From Setoptus koraiensis (lineage: Eukaryota > Animalia > Arthropoda): DNA of 64,000 nucleotides. The notes beneath the pieces were generated by a model. That model was not told where the DNA came from and did not search any database. It worked only from the letters and a program-made list of their open reading frames with translations. This document shows, one piece after another, positions 13,455 through 27,102 of this stretch (position 1 is its first letter; every line of letters starts with the position of its first letter). The stretch lies in the NCBI GenBank assembly GCA_048013815.1, contig CM106586.1, positions 16,430,001-16,494,000 of the forward strand, given 5' to 3'. A program made the position numbers and the translations under genes.

Positions 13455-16023
13455 GGGGCGCCAACGAGCGATAAGAGGCAGCATAAAAGCTGTTGGTTGG
13501 GGTTAATTCGGGGGCGCTGACACACTGTTGTTGTTGGCGACTATATGACTCTAACTATCACACAATTGTCAATAAGTTGTCCATGGCACAAGAGTGTTTT
13601 TAGTGACAATTAAGCCCAGTTGTCAGCGGCGCCCCTGTCGCCGATACCGACACACACAAAATCGCTACTTGTCGAGCGAGCTTGACAAGCAGGCCAGCTC
13701 GACAAGCCAGCAAGCTCGCCTATGCGTCGCATAGTATGCGATCACAAAAGTAGTCAGTAATACTGACTACTTTTGTGTCAGTATGTGTGACTCGCTCGCC
13801 GGCGCAACACTTTTCTTGCATGATGATACCCTCTGATCTGATCGAGAGAACACAATGAAAACAAAGTGAGAACACACATGCCCCCGTTGCAAGCGGGCCC
13901 CACGCGAACCCGTTAAGACGCATTAGGATTCACATCAACGTGGCGCCAGCGCGCCCAGACCACATTGGGGCCGGCGCGCGATGCACGGCGAGCCCCAAAC
14001 TTTGGGGCCCAAAGTGATTGGCATCGGCCACTTACACACTGTATGTGTGATGCAGGGCTTTTTATTGCAAGCAAACACCTACGAAATGCCCCCTTTGCAC
14101 TGAGCCGTTTTAAGCCATTTTAAATTCAATTGGCATTCGCATGTTTGTATCTGTTCAAGGCTCTCAGTTGTTAGCTTAGCGAGCGCATCATCGCCGAAAC
14201 ACTCACTCATATAACATGAGTCATATTATATATCGCTGCTCGCGATGGCGCTCGCGATTGGAATCGCCCCACAGCGGATATAAGTTGGCATAAGTGGCAC
14301 AAATATCCATTATAGCGCTCGCGATGTGTATGCGTTTGGTTATCAATGATAACTTATCATGGTTTGCATTATCTCAGCGAGATGTCTTGTCGTGTTTTTG
14401 CCATTTCTGTCTCTGTCTCTCTCGCGGCGAGAGTCTCGCTGCTCTTTATTGACAGCAACAACAGTTAGCAACAACGATGGCTCTATCGCCTGCTATCTGG
14501 CAGCCATTGGCCATTCTGGGCTGCATCATTCTTTTGGAAAATTCCTCTTTCATGAACTGGCTTCTTTTATGGTCAGTACATCAATATCGGACACGCACTC
14601 TGGTTCGGCTGTCCAGAGTCTGGACAGCGGACAATTGCGCGCGATACGGGCTCGTTAGGGGCACCATTTCGGCCCAACGCAAACAGGCCCAAATTGTTGC
14701 AATAGATACCAGAAAAGCAGCTCGCCTAACTAGATAGACTCGCTCAATTCTAGATAGACTCGCGCAATTCAATTGACCTCTTTTGCCGGCGCACTAATGG
14801 CATCCGCCGGTATCGCCAAATATTATGCAAAGGTACGATATTATACGAGCATTATACGAATGAGCAAATAACAATACGTTTGCGCAGCGGATTCCACACA
14901 CACACACCTCATTTCATTCAATCTCGGTGGATCTCGGTGTATCTCGGTGAATCTTGGTGAATCTCGGCGAGCAGTGGAACGGGCAGTTCAGCCTGAACTG
15001 GTGCACGGCTTCCAGAATCACTCGAGCAGCGAGCGAATTCGGGCCATGCCAACACAACGACAAGCACGATTCTTGACACCCGGCATTAGATAGTGATCTA
15101 GAAATTCCGTCGGAATTTTCTCCAGGAATTATCTGGATTTTTCTTTGCTTCGCGCTCGTTGTTACTAACGACACAACTCACCCCTAGGAGCTGCAGTTCG
15201 AACTGGTGGGCGCAAGTCGGCTGCCAATGGCCAACCGACAATGGCAATTTTAAACTGGCAGCAAACTGGTCTGGACAAGGGGCCCACATAGAGGCTCCTA
15301 TTAGGCAGCTGTTGGACCAATTGAAGCGCATTACAAACAATGCGCAACGATACAAGAACAAGTTGAAGTGGAACCGCCTAACGATGAGTCTGTCTCGACC
15401 TGGCAGCCGGTTTATCGAGCCAGACAGCCGCTCCAATGGGGCCTGGCATTTTCGATGATCACATGCAACACTGCCTGGCACAGTTACATGTGTGTGCTTG
15501 AAGACAATGCGATTTCATTGAAATCGAATCTCGACTGTCTGATGATCGTGCCGCGATCTGCCAGAATCCGTTCGCAACACATCGGAATGAGTTGTCTGGA
15601 CTCCACACTCTGGAGGAATGCGTTTCGGTCGGCCAAAATCGGGCGTCGAGACTCAGCCCAATATCGCGCCGAATCGTGCGCCGAAACTTTGCACTTTCTA
15701 TAGCAGTTCGGTCAGATCGCAACTTGGTTCTTTTTGTTGATTTCGAACGATCGCTTTCGTGTCGCTAGGTGCACTCGCTACTAGCGAGTCGCTAGGTTCT
15801 AATTACCTAGCCGCGCTCTGCTGCCGGGCAACAGCACTAATGAATGGCGCTAATGAATGGTGATTCATCATTGATGAATATTCTGCATGACTTCCTGCGG
15901 GACAACAGTGAAAATTGCGAGTGCAGTGAGCGGTACCCGAACTCGCGAATTGTCCGCGAAAAAGCGCTCGGGACGGGTTCGGATCGCGGAATTCCGGCCA
16001 GGGTGATCCGCGGATCGATCGCA

Positions 16024-16113
16024 CCGTCCGAAGCACCCGAATCATCGAACCGCCCGAACCGCCCGAAGCATCGAACCGCCCGAACCGCCCGAACCGTCCG
16101 AAGCACCCGAAAT
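16024..16113. repeat. Imperfect 9-bp tandem array (ccgaaccgc)
   Basis: Read directly. Confidence 0.8.
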
Positions 16114-17544
16114 TTCCTATATTCCATCGGATTTTTCACGCAAGGGGCATAGGGATTTCTGCTCCGACAGCGAACGCTCGCACCGACGAAAGAGCGAAAG
16201 AAGGAAAAGATGACCTTTCGCCGATTTCTGTCGCGATCGACGGATATTCTAGCCGCTGTCCGCGAATCGCATCTGGATTATTTTTCCAAACGTAAATCGC
16301 GGACCGTAAATCCGCGACCGATGTCTGCGCGCACCGCCAAACTATGGCCGGTGAATCGGAGAGGTGAGAGCGAGGGAGGTGATGTAATAACATGCTGAAT
16401 TTGGGAGCTTGTTTGTCTTGTCGTGGCACTCTTATCGTGGGCCAAAAAATGCCATAAATAGACAGATAACAATTTGGGCCAAGGCATGAGATAAACCGAT
16501 AGCGGTGGAATAATCTATCGGGCACCTCATCAATTTTCTGCCCGTTTTCTCGCCTCGACAATTGCACCATCTTGCCGCTCGAGGTAACCGGGCGCCAACT
16601 ATTGCTGCTAATTGTCGGTTGTTTCGGATGGGTGGGCGTGGGCGGGCGCCCCTCGTAAGCAGCCTGGCAACATTCAAGTTGGCGGATTTGCGCCCCAACT
16701 GGATGCGCCCCGAACTGGATGCGTCCCGAACTGGATACGTTCTGAACTGGATGCGCCCGTTTCAGTTTGCGACCAGCCGGCCAAACGGACAGACTCGCTT
16801 TGCGTCGCCAGGGCCCCGTTTGGTAGCGGGCTCGGGTTTGTTTTGCCAGTTCGCGGTGATGCTTTACGAGCGGCGCTCACGGCCCGACGGCCCGAGCGAG
16901 CGCCAATTTGCTGCAGTGACAGCCAGACAGCGTTCGGAACGGACCGAGCTTGACACCGGGGCGCCGCGTTCGGGCCCATTCTGGCCGAAGCGGGCCGCAC
17001 GAGTGGCGGTCAAGTTCGATGCGCGACGATCAGTGTCTAATCATTTATAATCTTGCCAGGCAATCTCGGCGTGTTTGTGTGTTGGCTCTAACGATGTAAC
17101 TAACTTCGGGGGCCCAGTGGCAAAGGGGCGATCCACAGAAGCAAAAATATACTTTCGCTCGCGCCAACTGCCACATAACTGTGCGTTAATGGCAACGCGC
17201 CGGCTCAACAAACGACCCTCGACCGGCCCCAAGCATCGGCCGAAATTGTAACGGGCCGCCGGATAGAGCGACGAATTGTCCTACATGGGTCCGATTTTAT
17301 TCCTCTAGTGATCCGTTTAGGCTCATTGTTTTTGCCTGGCCTCGCCGTTCATCCATTTTTGAATACACTGCGGGCTGTGTTTGTGTGCCCGAGTTTGGGA
17401 CGCCCGCGAGAGGTCCCCGCGGGCGCCCCAACTCAAACAGTGGCACGGCCCAGCGTCATTATGTTGTGAGCCCGTCAGCTAGCCGGCCCGATCCAGGCGG
17501 CGGCTACGCTCGCAAACCGGCCATATCTAGCACCAGTCATATCT

Positions 17545-17652
17545 GGACACCAGTTATATCTGGACACCAGTTATATCTGGACACCAGTGAGATTCACGAA
17601 CCAGTTATATCTGGTGAGAGTCGCGAACCAGTCATATCTGGTGAGAGTCGCG
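17545..17652. repeat. Compound tandem array (17-bp ccagttatatctggaca and 27-bp ccagtcatatctggtgagagtcgcgaa units)
   Basis: Read directly; boundaries approximate. Confidence 0.8.
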
Positions 17653-19590
17653 AACCAGTCATATCTGGTGAGATTCGCCGACCAGATAGACGGACGGACA
17701 AGCAAACAAACAAAACGCCCGACGGAACAGAAACGGGGCCCAGAGAGAGGGAAAAATCATTGCGAATTCGCTCGAAATCATTCTCGCTCTGGCGATAGTT
17801 TAATGAGTGGACATTTATCTCGGACGCATTTATCAAATGCTGTTGTCGCAACTGCATGCTGCGGGCTGGCCCGGTCTATTATATCGCAATGATCGCCAAC
17901 AACAATTTCTAGCTCGTCTCTCCGCTTTGGGCCGCTATCGTGACGACACGTCTCATCATCGTCATTTAATGTGTCTGTCATTGGTTTGTCTGCTGCGTGG
18001 GCGATATCGCCGGCCGGAGCTGCAAATAGAAAACAAAATAACGAGAACCACATCGCCAACAACTCGCCAACTGGCCACCGACTGTCGCCAACGTTCCGCT
18101 GGCCGGCTAAACGCAAGTGCCCCCTTTTCCGTCTACCTATTTGCTGCAGGCTTGTAGCACCGAGATACGCGAAAAAATAGATACACAGGGGCCCTGTCGT
18201 CCCTGTCAGGCAACAGAGAGACAAAATTTAGATGAGCGGGCCTGATACGCGGGCCGGCCTCTAAATCACAAAGTTGCCAGCGCATTGACACCGAGCGACC
18301 GACATCGCGCCCTCGACCGCTCAGCGCTTGCGTCATCACTGTTAAAGTTCCTCCAATAGAAGCGATCGAAACTGAAAATTCAATCTAGAATGTTTTTTTT
18401 TTGGCGCAAAAAAGCAGCTCAATTTTCGTTCGTTTTGTTTTTGGCGGATTTCGCGCCGGCACAATAATCAAATCGACCGAACGGGCTGCTGATTAGCGGG
18501 CCATTTCCGTGGCGATGCGGCTTTTTTGTTCTCGTATTACTCTGGCTCGTCCCGCAAAAACATCGCAAACTCGTCGAGCGACGGGGCCAATCGGCGAAAA
18601 TCATCAGCCGAAAATCATCAGTAATCCTCTCGGTGACGCCTTTGGTCACTCGAGTTTGCCAAGCAATTTTTTTCGGCTCAGCGGAAAAACAGGGTCGTGC
18701 TCAAGGGCGCAGATTTACCTGTCATTGGTGCTTCCAATATCAGCCAGAGATCCAGTGAGATTCTGTCTGATTCTCGGTGACAATTATAACGGCATTTGTG
18801 GCTCGCAGACGATCGTTCGATGGACGTTCGGGCGACACTTGAAAGAAGTTGAGATCCATGAATGGACTCAAATAATTCGCTCGCGCAGCTTGCATGGTGC
18901 AAAGCTTCGCAACGTGCAGCTATAATGCGTCCCCGGGATCATTTAGCGGGCCCGTTGGGCCTCACTGGGCTCACAACGCAATGGCCCGTCAATTAAGCCC
19001 TTAATTAGTGGCCGGTTTGCTCTGCGCCATCGATTAGCACAAGTTGTGGGCCCCTTACTAATTGGATTACAAAGCTTTGTGTATAGTCAGCATGCAGGCA
19101 CACTGAGGCGCATAAACACACATAACTCAATGATTCTCATATACGATGTAATGCCCGACGAAATAGTATGGCAAACCTCGAAATAGCAGCGAATAGGTGC
19201 ACTGTTAAATCAAGACGACAGAGTCTTGTTTCATCTAAATTTTCATTTGAAGCGGCTTGTGCCAGTTGTGGCTGCAGCTCGGCGGTGGACTTTGCCGCCT
19301 CGAACATGCTTAGTTAATGGTTTTCTTGATCGAGATTTGTCGCGTGAAACATCAAAGATCAAGATCGATATCACATTGAAAATTTGCCCGAAATATAACA
19401 ATTTTCCAGCGTTGAAACTCCAAATAACCGGCGAGAATCCCGAGTATTGCGCCGACAATTCTCAAGATCGTCAACGTGTCCCGGACCGCAGGCCAACGAC
19501 CCCCAGCTCCAATCTAGATCGACACCAAACCGGATGTTGCCACTGACCGGAAGTGCGCTCACTGTAAAGCGGCAGTGGCGGGCTCGATGT

Positions 19591-19690
19591 TCGGATATTT
19601 TCGGATGTTTTCGGATGTTTTCGGATGCTTTCGGATGCTTTCGGATGCTTTCGGAAGCTTTCGGATATTTTCAGATATTTGCGGATATTC
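19591..19690. repeat. 10-bp tandem array (tcggatgctt), 10 copies
   Basis: Read directly. Confidence 0.92.
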
Positions 19691-22600
19691 CTATCGTGTG
19701 TCTGAGCGTTCTATTCACCTGGCCAGTCAGCCGGTCGAATGTCGCAGAGCTCGGACTAGCTACTCGCGGCCGCGAAAAAAAAAATCCGACGCGAAAAAAA
19801 AATCCGACGCGAAAAATAGCAAGTCGCAGTGTGATGCGGATTGCAGGGCGCCGACAAGTTGCAAATCCGCCTGGCCGCACGGACAAAGCAAAGTCGCTGA
19901 CAGAATATTAGCCCGGCCCGCGGAGGGGCGACGACTGATTCAGTGGGACTGTATGCGCTCTCGCCTGGACGCACCGGTTGTCCGAAGCGAGACGTTGGCC
20001 GAGGCTTGCCGGTTTATAGAGTGGGCCCCAGTTTCCGCTCGATCGAGTTGCACTTGATTAAGTCGATATTAGTCATTATTAGCATGGCAGCGTGTGTGCC
20101 GGATATGTGTCACGCCAGGTCTGTGCCGAATTGATTGGATTTGCAGCGATCCGTCATGGGCAGCCGGGCAACTTGGGGCCGGGCCGCAACAACGGTCATT
20201 AGGTCGCATGCACAGGTGCATTGGGGTGCACTACCATTTGTTTGTATTTGCAGCAATGTCAGCGGACAACAATGTATCTGATTATTGTGTCCGTCTCATT
20301 GTTTTTGTTTCGGTGCGCCGCTGCCCGTGCGCCGCTGGCCCGTCCGCTGCCGGCGAGCTGGAAGGGGCCGGTGTGTCTAATTGGTTTCGCTTGGCAGTTA
20401 TTTGATTGTTGTGACAATAAGAGTGGCCATAAACACATAGTTGCGCAACTAAATAGGAGCGCACCCAGTAATAAATATATTCATTGCGTGTTTGTCGCGC
20501 CGAGTGGCCCAATCAGAGAGCGCACAACATACAACAGATATAAGATATAAGCTGACGGGCTGAGAAAAGCGGCGGAGGAGCAAAAAACATTATTGCGACG
20601 CCCTTGATGTAGCGGTAGCGGTGGTAATTGAGCAAATATACTTGTTTGGGGCCAGGCGCTGCCGTTTTGCAACTGCCGGCCAAGCAAACAAGCCAAGCAA
20701 GCAACCAGACAAATCCATTATACCAATAGTTAGTCTATTAATGAGGGCGCCACTAGCGGGCGAGCTGGCCGGCTTGGCGAGCCACTTTTGGCGAGCCAGC
20801 CGGCGAGCCAGTCAGCCAGCCAGCCAGCGTCTAATGGCGCCTGCCGGTTCCATTAGGCCGGGCGTCATCGTCGTCGAGAGTGCATCGTGCCGAAACTCCG
20901 GCCGGCTGCAGCCGCCGCGCCGCCGATCCCAAAGCCGAGGGGCCCGTCCAGCCGGCAGAGGCTCCGGCATCTCAGAGTCTGGCCCTGGTGTCGCAGAGCC
21001 TGGCGCTGGTATCTCGGGCTCGGGCTCTGGCGCTGGTAGCTGAGAGTCGGCTCAGCCAGCCAGGGCCAGTGGCTAGACGGAGCGAAGTGTCAGAAGTGGG
21101 CGCTTAAAAGCATTAAATTGTCGCTAGTTAAGAACATTAATTAGATGCGAGACGACATGTGCGTTCTCTTTCATTTACGCTCATTCTTCGCTCTTGGCTC
21201 GCGCGCGCAAAGTCGGCCGAGCGCCTCAGACAGAGCGGGGCCCGGCTCGGCGACCAGGCGACGCAAAGAAGTTGTGGCAAGCTCTTTTATATTGTTGTTG
21301 TTGTTGTTGTTGTTGGCAAACGAAGGCTGTCGAACGGGCAAACGGCGAAACAACAAAGATAAAGTGGCGCGCCAGTTGTGAGTTTGTCGCAAGTGCCCAC
21401 CATTTATCCATCCAGAATATCCAACTAACCGAGATAATAAGAGAGACAGACAGTTTATTTACCGATTACGTAATAGCAGCGCGTGTCGATTGTGTTGTGC
21501 CGAGTTGGTGCTCGCTCGCTGGCTCTATCTCGGGCCCCTTTGCACTGCAAAGTTTGCAGCCCCCCAACACACTCACGCAACGAAGCAAATGAGCGCCAAT
21601 CATCGCAAACAATCTAATCTAAAGTCTACAATCGACAAGACACAAGCGCCGCCAGACTATTGTTTCACGCCCGTGTCTAATGAATGAACCGAATGGGCGT
21701 GTGAGCGACCGGCCCATGGCCGAAGCGGCCAGCCCGGCCAGCTCGACCGACTTGGCCGACTTGCCCAATTGTCAAGTGAAACAAACGAAACGGCCGAAAT
21801 CTTTTGGCCCGCTCGCACGGGCCACCGCTCGGCTAAGCCGCTACTTAAATGCGTCATATCCGCGCGGACGAGATTAATTCTTTCATTGGAATTCAGCCAG
21901 CACATACCTCAGAATTCGAGGCTCGGATTTGGCTCGCTGTCACCGCTGGACCGTGGGCACTATATAATGTTGGCATTATATAATATTACTATTATTTTAT
22001 TTACCACGTGACATCACTGCACATAGATGCATTATTGCCAGCAGCCGACATTAATAAGCACGCGAGGCGAGCCGATGATCGGCAAAAATGTCACGCGATC
22101 TCACTGTGGTGACAGTCGTGAAAACAATCGCTGCTTTAGTGAGCCTTTCGGGACTTTTTCATTCAATATTTTCGCTTGCTTCCGATAATTTGTTGCATTG
22201 ACCGTCGCTACAATAATTGAGCTATCACTGGCAAATTGCGAGTCACAACGCTCATTAATAATGAGTTATTATTGCCAACAGCGCTGGACATTATTGACAT
22301 GCAGACTGCGAGTGATGCAACAGAGCAAGTGACGTCACAAGTAAATACTACAATGCGATAAACACAAACAGCCCCACAACTTGTATGCTACAAGCTGCCC
22401 TGTGCCGCCCACGCAACTGACCTTTGTCTAGCTCATTAACTGGTGGATGTTGGCTGGTTCGGCTTCAGCGACAGCGCACCGGCAGTGCAAAATGGCCGCC
22501 AAGTCCGGCGAACAAATAACGGCCCGTTATTAACGGGGCCCCACAAGCTGAACGATTCAGACCAGCAATCGATCTATTAATGGCAATTCTGGCCAGCTAT

Positions 22601-23860
22601 TTATCCGCTTGGCATGACCGCCGAATAAGCAATTCAGACAAGCGGCGTATTTGACTACGATCGCAGCAGGACAGTGGTGCGCGGATGCAGCCTGGATGGA
22701 TATTATCCATTGGATAAACCGGCGCGCCCGTAGCCACCGTTTACCGTATCACTGCCAGTGATTCACTGTGCATACGGTACCAGTCAACTTTATCAGCGCT
22801 AAAAGAGCTAAAAGCCGACTTGCGTGGGCCCCATTAATTAAGCTCGCGCTAATCTATGCAGATATTGTTGGTTTGGATGTCGTTGGCCGGTGATTTGTTG
22901 CGCGAGCTGCTCTGAGATTTGTCGCGCGAGCTGCTCTGAGATTTGTTGCGCCAACTGTTGTGAGTTGTCAATGAGCAGCGGCGAACGGTGATGACGTTGT
23001 GCGGACGGGCCCGGTTTCGTTGGCGACAGACCGCAGTGGGCGCCATTGTCCATATTGATATAATCTCTAGCCCGGTGAATTAAGTAGCCCGTTACCTCGG
23101 GCCGGCGCGAGGGCCAACGGGGCGCTCGCGACGAGCGAGGCCCCCGCTCGGTGCGCTCGTCAATAGTTGCTCGTGTCGGGTGGGGGGGGGGCCCAAGTTT
23201 TCATATCGTGCGCCATATAAATCCGTTACACAAAAATGGCCGCTTGGCTATTTTGTACTGGTTGCCGGTTGTATATATAATGCGGTCGTATGTGTAATGT
23301 GCGCACGGGGTGACCATGTAATGATGATCTCCATTTTTGGGGCCTCACTCCTATCTTTGGAGAGGCTTTGTCATTCATAAACTATTGCACGCTAGTGTAC
23401 ATACAGTTACAGTTGCATAGTGCACAGTACATGTACGCACAACAAGGAATAATGGCAGTAGATTTACAAGAAAAGAATAGAGACAACATCAGCGCCGATA
23501 ACATCGACAACAAAAACATCATAAATTGTCATCATATTAAATCCCCTTTGATCTTTGCAAGGATTACTGGCAAATGCTGGCCCACGGCTGGCTGCAAACT
23601 CGCCCCATTACTATACACCGGCAACAACGGCAGCAGCAGCAGCAAAACCACCGACGCTTACTGAGGCTCCGAGCTCGCAACTCGGAAACAATGTTCGAGT
23701 TGCGTCAGCGGAAGTGACCGACAAGGCGCATAAAGCAGCAACGCTGTGTGATTTAATGTATGTGCATGTCATGCCGGGCCGGATCATCATTACGGCGAGC
23801 TGCCCGTGGCTGCCGTGTAAACCGGCGCCATTTCGGCTACTTACACTATGTAAGTTGCAC

Positions 23861-23956
23861 ACGAAATATACGAAATATACGCAATATACGCAATATACGA
23901 AATATACGAAATATACGAAATATACGCAATATACGCAATATACGAAATATACGAAA
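23861..23956. repeat. 9-bp tandem array (acgaaatat/acgcaatat), about 10.7 copies
   Basis: Read directly. Confidence 0.92.
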
Positions 23957-26900
23957 CCTGGTGCTGGCGCCAGTCTCATCAGCACAATAGCAAGACAGAT
24001 TATTGGCTCTTCGACGGCTCGCGGTGTCCGAGTGTCGGGCTTCTCTCGAGAGTCTCGAGTCGAGACTCCGAGAAAAGCCCGAAAGACGAGAACGAGCCAG
24101 CTCCTGGGAGAATTTTTTTTTTGCGGCCACACCTTGGCTTTTGCGAAACGAAAAAAAAAAACTCGGTCGCCATTTTAATGGCTGCCACTAGATTCTGATG
24201 ACCAGAAGCCAGCGTGCTGTGTCAATTTGAGAATTTTCATTTCGGGCAACGCGGACACGGCTCCCGGCTGAGCCGTTTCCTAGTTCGGATGCCCGGCAGA
24301 GGCTCGGCCGAGGCTCGGCAAGGGCCCCACCGAGAGGCCGAGATATGGTTGCGCTCGCTGTGAATGCCGCGGTCGGCGCGGGCGAGCCGCCCTCGAGGTG
24401 CATCCGGTCGAAGTGGGAAGTGGATGGCCGATTCGATGGCCGACCGCTTTTTTCCAGTGAAATCTTGGCTCGGTGCGCTAGCCAGGCTGCGGCCCAGTCA
24501 ATGACACCGAAATCAGCGAACACAAAAAATAAATTTGTCCCATTCTCAGACCGACCTCTCTCACTTATCACTAACAAGTCTCTGTGAATGGCACAAGCAG
24601 GAAGTTTGTGAGGCCGACTTTTGGGGCCGTTGCTGGAGTTTTCTTCGAGCCGGGTCGTTACTGTCAGCGAATAGGAAGCGGTCTAGTTGGCAAATTAGAG
24701 ACAGCCAGCAACCGGCGGCTAACAGTAAGAAACTGCTGCCAGCGCCACCATTAAATCAATCATGCTATCAGATATAGTTTGTGTCGTTGAAATGAGCCCC
24801 AACCGCGCGCACATTCATACAAATAGATAATGTAAAACGTTAGATCTGAGCACCGAGATACCGGCTCGCACACTCGGCCCAGCCAGCACCTTTGTAAGCT
24901 CTTTTGATGGCAGTCGGATCGAGAGTGAGATGGGACGTGATTTAGTTTGGTTTATTTTCACTTTTCGCGCCCCGCTTATCCATTGTATCACAGTGTGCAA
25001 CGTCTCAACGGCGCTCGCGAGGCTCCTTCGAGCGCGATCCGCCATCCAATGGCTGCCAACTTGCCACTGACAAACAGTCTCGACTTCGACGCCGTTCGGG
25101 CTCCTTCGTCGCGCCCTCGAACGCTTGCGAACGTTGTTGAAACCCTCGGCACCGACTCCCGACTCTCGGCTCCCGAAAGAGAGATTTGCTGCCTGGCTGG
25201 CGCACAATCTGTTCCGTTGCGGGAGCCGCGAGCGTTCCCTGGCTGTTCTTTTGGCGCTCTGTCGCCCTTCTCGGGCCGCTCCTCGGCGCTCCCTCGCTGC
25301 TCTCGCCGCCTCGAATGGGGCCCCGAAGAGATGATTAGAAAGCGAGAAGTGTGCGCTGCAAGCGACTTTTTCCTTTTTAAACACACACACACACACGCAC
25401 GCATTCAATTGGGCGAGCCTCTTTCTCGGACTATCGGGCGCTTGCTCGCTTGCGTCTGGCCCCGCCGAGTATTTATATGGCGTCGATGATAGCGTCGCCC
25501 TAGAATACAATGTACTGATGGCGCACAGTATGTATTTATAGAGATATGATGAGAGATACAATTACAAAGCGAGTTGTTGTCGGTTGTTGGCCGTTGTTGC
25601 AGGGCCCGTGCAACTCGCAACTCATTACCACCCATAATCTACTCCACCGGCCTGTCAGTGGCTGCCTATGTGAGTGCGGATATTTTTTGTTGCCGTTGTT
25701 ACGTTACGTAAGAAAGTTACCTAAGTTACGAAACGTTCTTACGTAACAACCAACAGTCGCCTCGCTGGCGCTCGCAAGCAGTGGCCGAACTCGACAATCA
25801 CCGAAAATCTTCGAAGAATTGTTACCTGGCCAGTGTAATGGCCACTTGCTAGAATTACCTGCCGGTGACTTGCTGAATGCGAGCATCGTGTGGGTGGGTC
25901 ACCGATCGCCAAGCCAGCACCGAAATAAAGAGCAGTTTGCACTGTCGGCGCTCGATACATTAATAGACACCAAGGCGATATTTGGGGCCCGTACAACGCG
26001 ATATTTGGGGCCCGTACAACGGGTTGGGCCGCTGCAAGACTCGAACTGCGGGGCGTAACGAGCTGGCTGGCTCGTTTAATGGCGGCCGCGGGAGAAACTT
26101 GATCGATCGTTGCGACAATTTCGGCGCCCTCTCCGTCTCTTCGTCTGCTCGGGTCTCGATTTGATTTGAACCGCAGCTGCCGGGCCGCCTAATGACGCCC
26201 CTGCGCACCAATTTGAAGACGAAACGAAATTTGTGTGTGTGACACAAAGTGACTGGTCTCTGGTTTCTGGTTAGTCGCTTTGCGCTGAGCTGTCCTGGCG
26301 CGCTCGCAGCAAACTCCGGCCAGACGACGAGATTTCGGAGAGGCGCGGCTGCGGACGGGGGGCGCCACAAGAGGAGAGAAAAAGCAGACAAGACATGATT
26401 GATCTAAATATGAAAACAGTCAGAATCGGCGACGGTAGCAGCGGCACTCGCTGGGCGCCCGCAACCGGCAATTTCGTCGACAGCGGACCGGGCCCGCACA
26501 CACACTTGACCCGCGAGACCCGTCGCCACTTATCACCTGTGCGATATTGAACGAGGAGCAAAAAATAGCGTGACCTCCGACTGCCGACTACAACTTGCCC
26601 ACTACGAGTGAGCGCCCGGCTGGCTCGACAATCAATTGCGCACCAAACTGTCTTATTCATCATTTGATGCTTCCGTTTTCACTTCCTCGGCCGCGCGAGG
26701 GCGCGTTGCGGCTCCGACGGGCTGCGCCCTCACCAGCGACGAGCTGGCTGGTGTCGCTGCAGTGGAGGAGCCGCTGTATCCGGATAATGCGCAAAAAGTT
26801 GCAAGTTGCTGCAACTGCGGGCCCGACAAATGGCTCGTTCGGGCCGGACTTGACTGGGTCGCGACTCGCCGGCCGCACACTATGGCGGCGGACAAATGAG

Positions 26901-27035
26901 TGCGTATCGGAAATTGGCGTGAGCGAGTCAAACAAGCAACTATCGCTTTATTTGCTGTTTTTCTGGCACCATTTGCATGCGATGAATGCGTTCGGGCGGC
27001 CGGCGCGCCAACGCGGCAGCCACTTGGCCTTCAGA

Positions 27036-27102
27036 CTCCGAAGTTCGCACTCCGAAGTTCGCACTCCGAAGTTTGGGCTCCGAAGTTCGGGCTCCGAAGT
27101 TC
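27036..27102. repeat. 14-bp tandem array (ctccgaagttcgca), about 5 copies
   Basis: Units start at 27036, 27050, 27064, 27078 and 27092. Confidence 0.9.
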
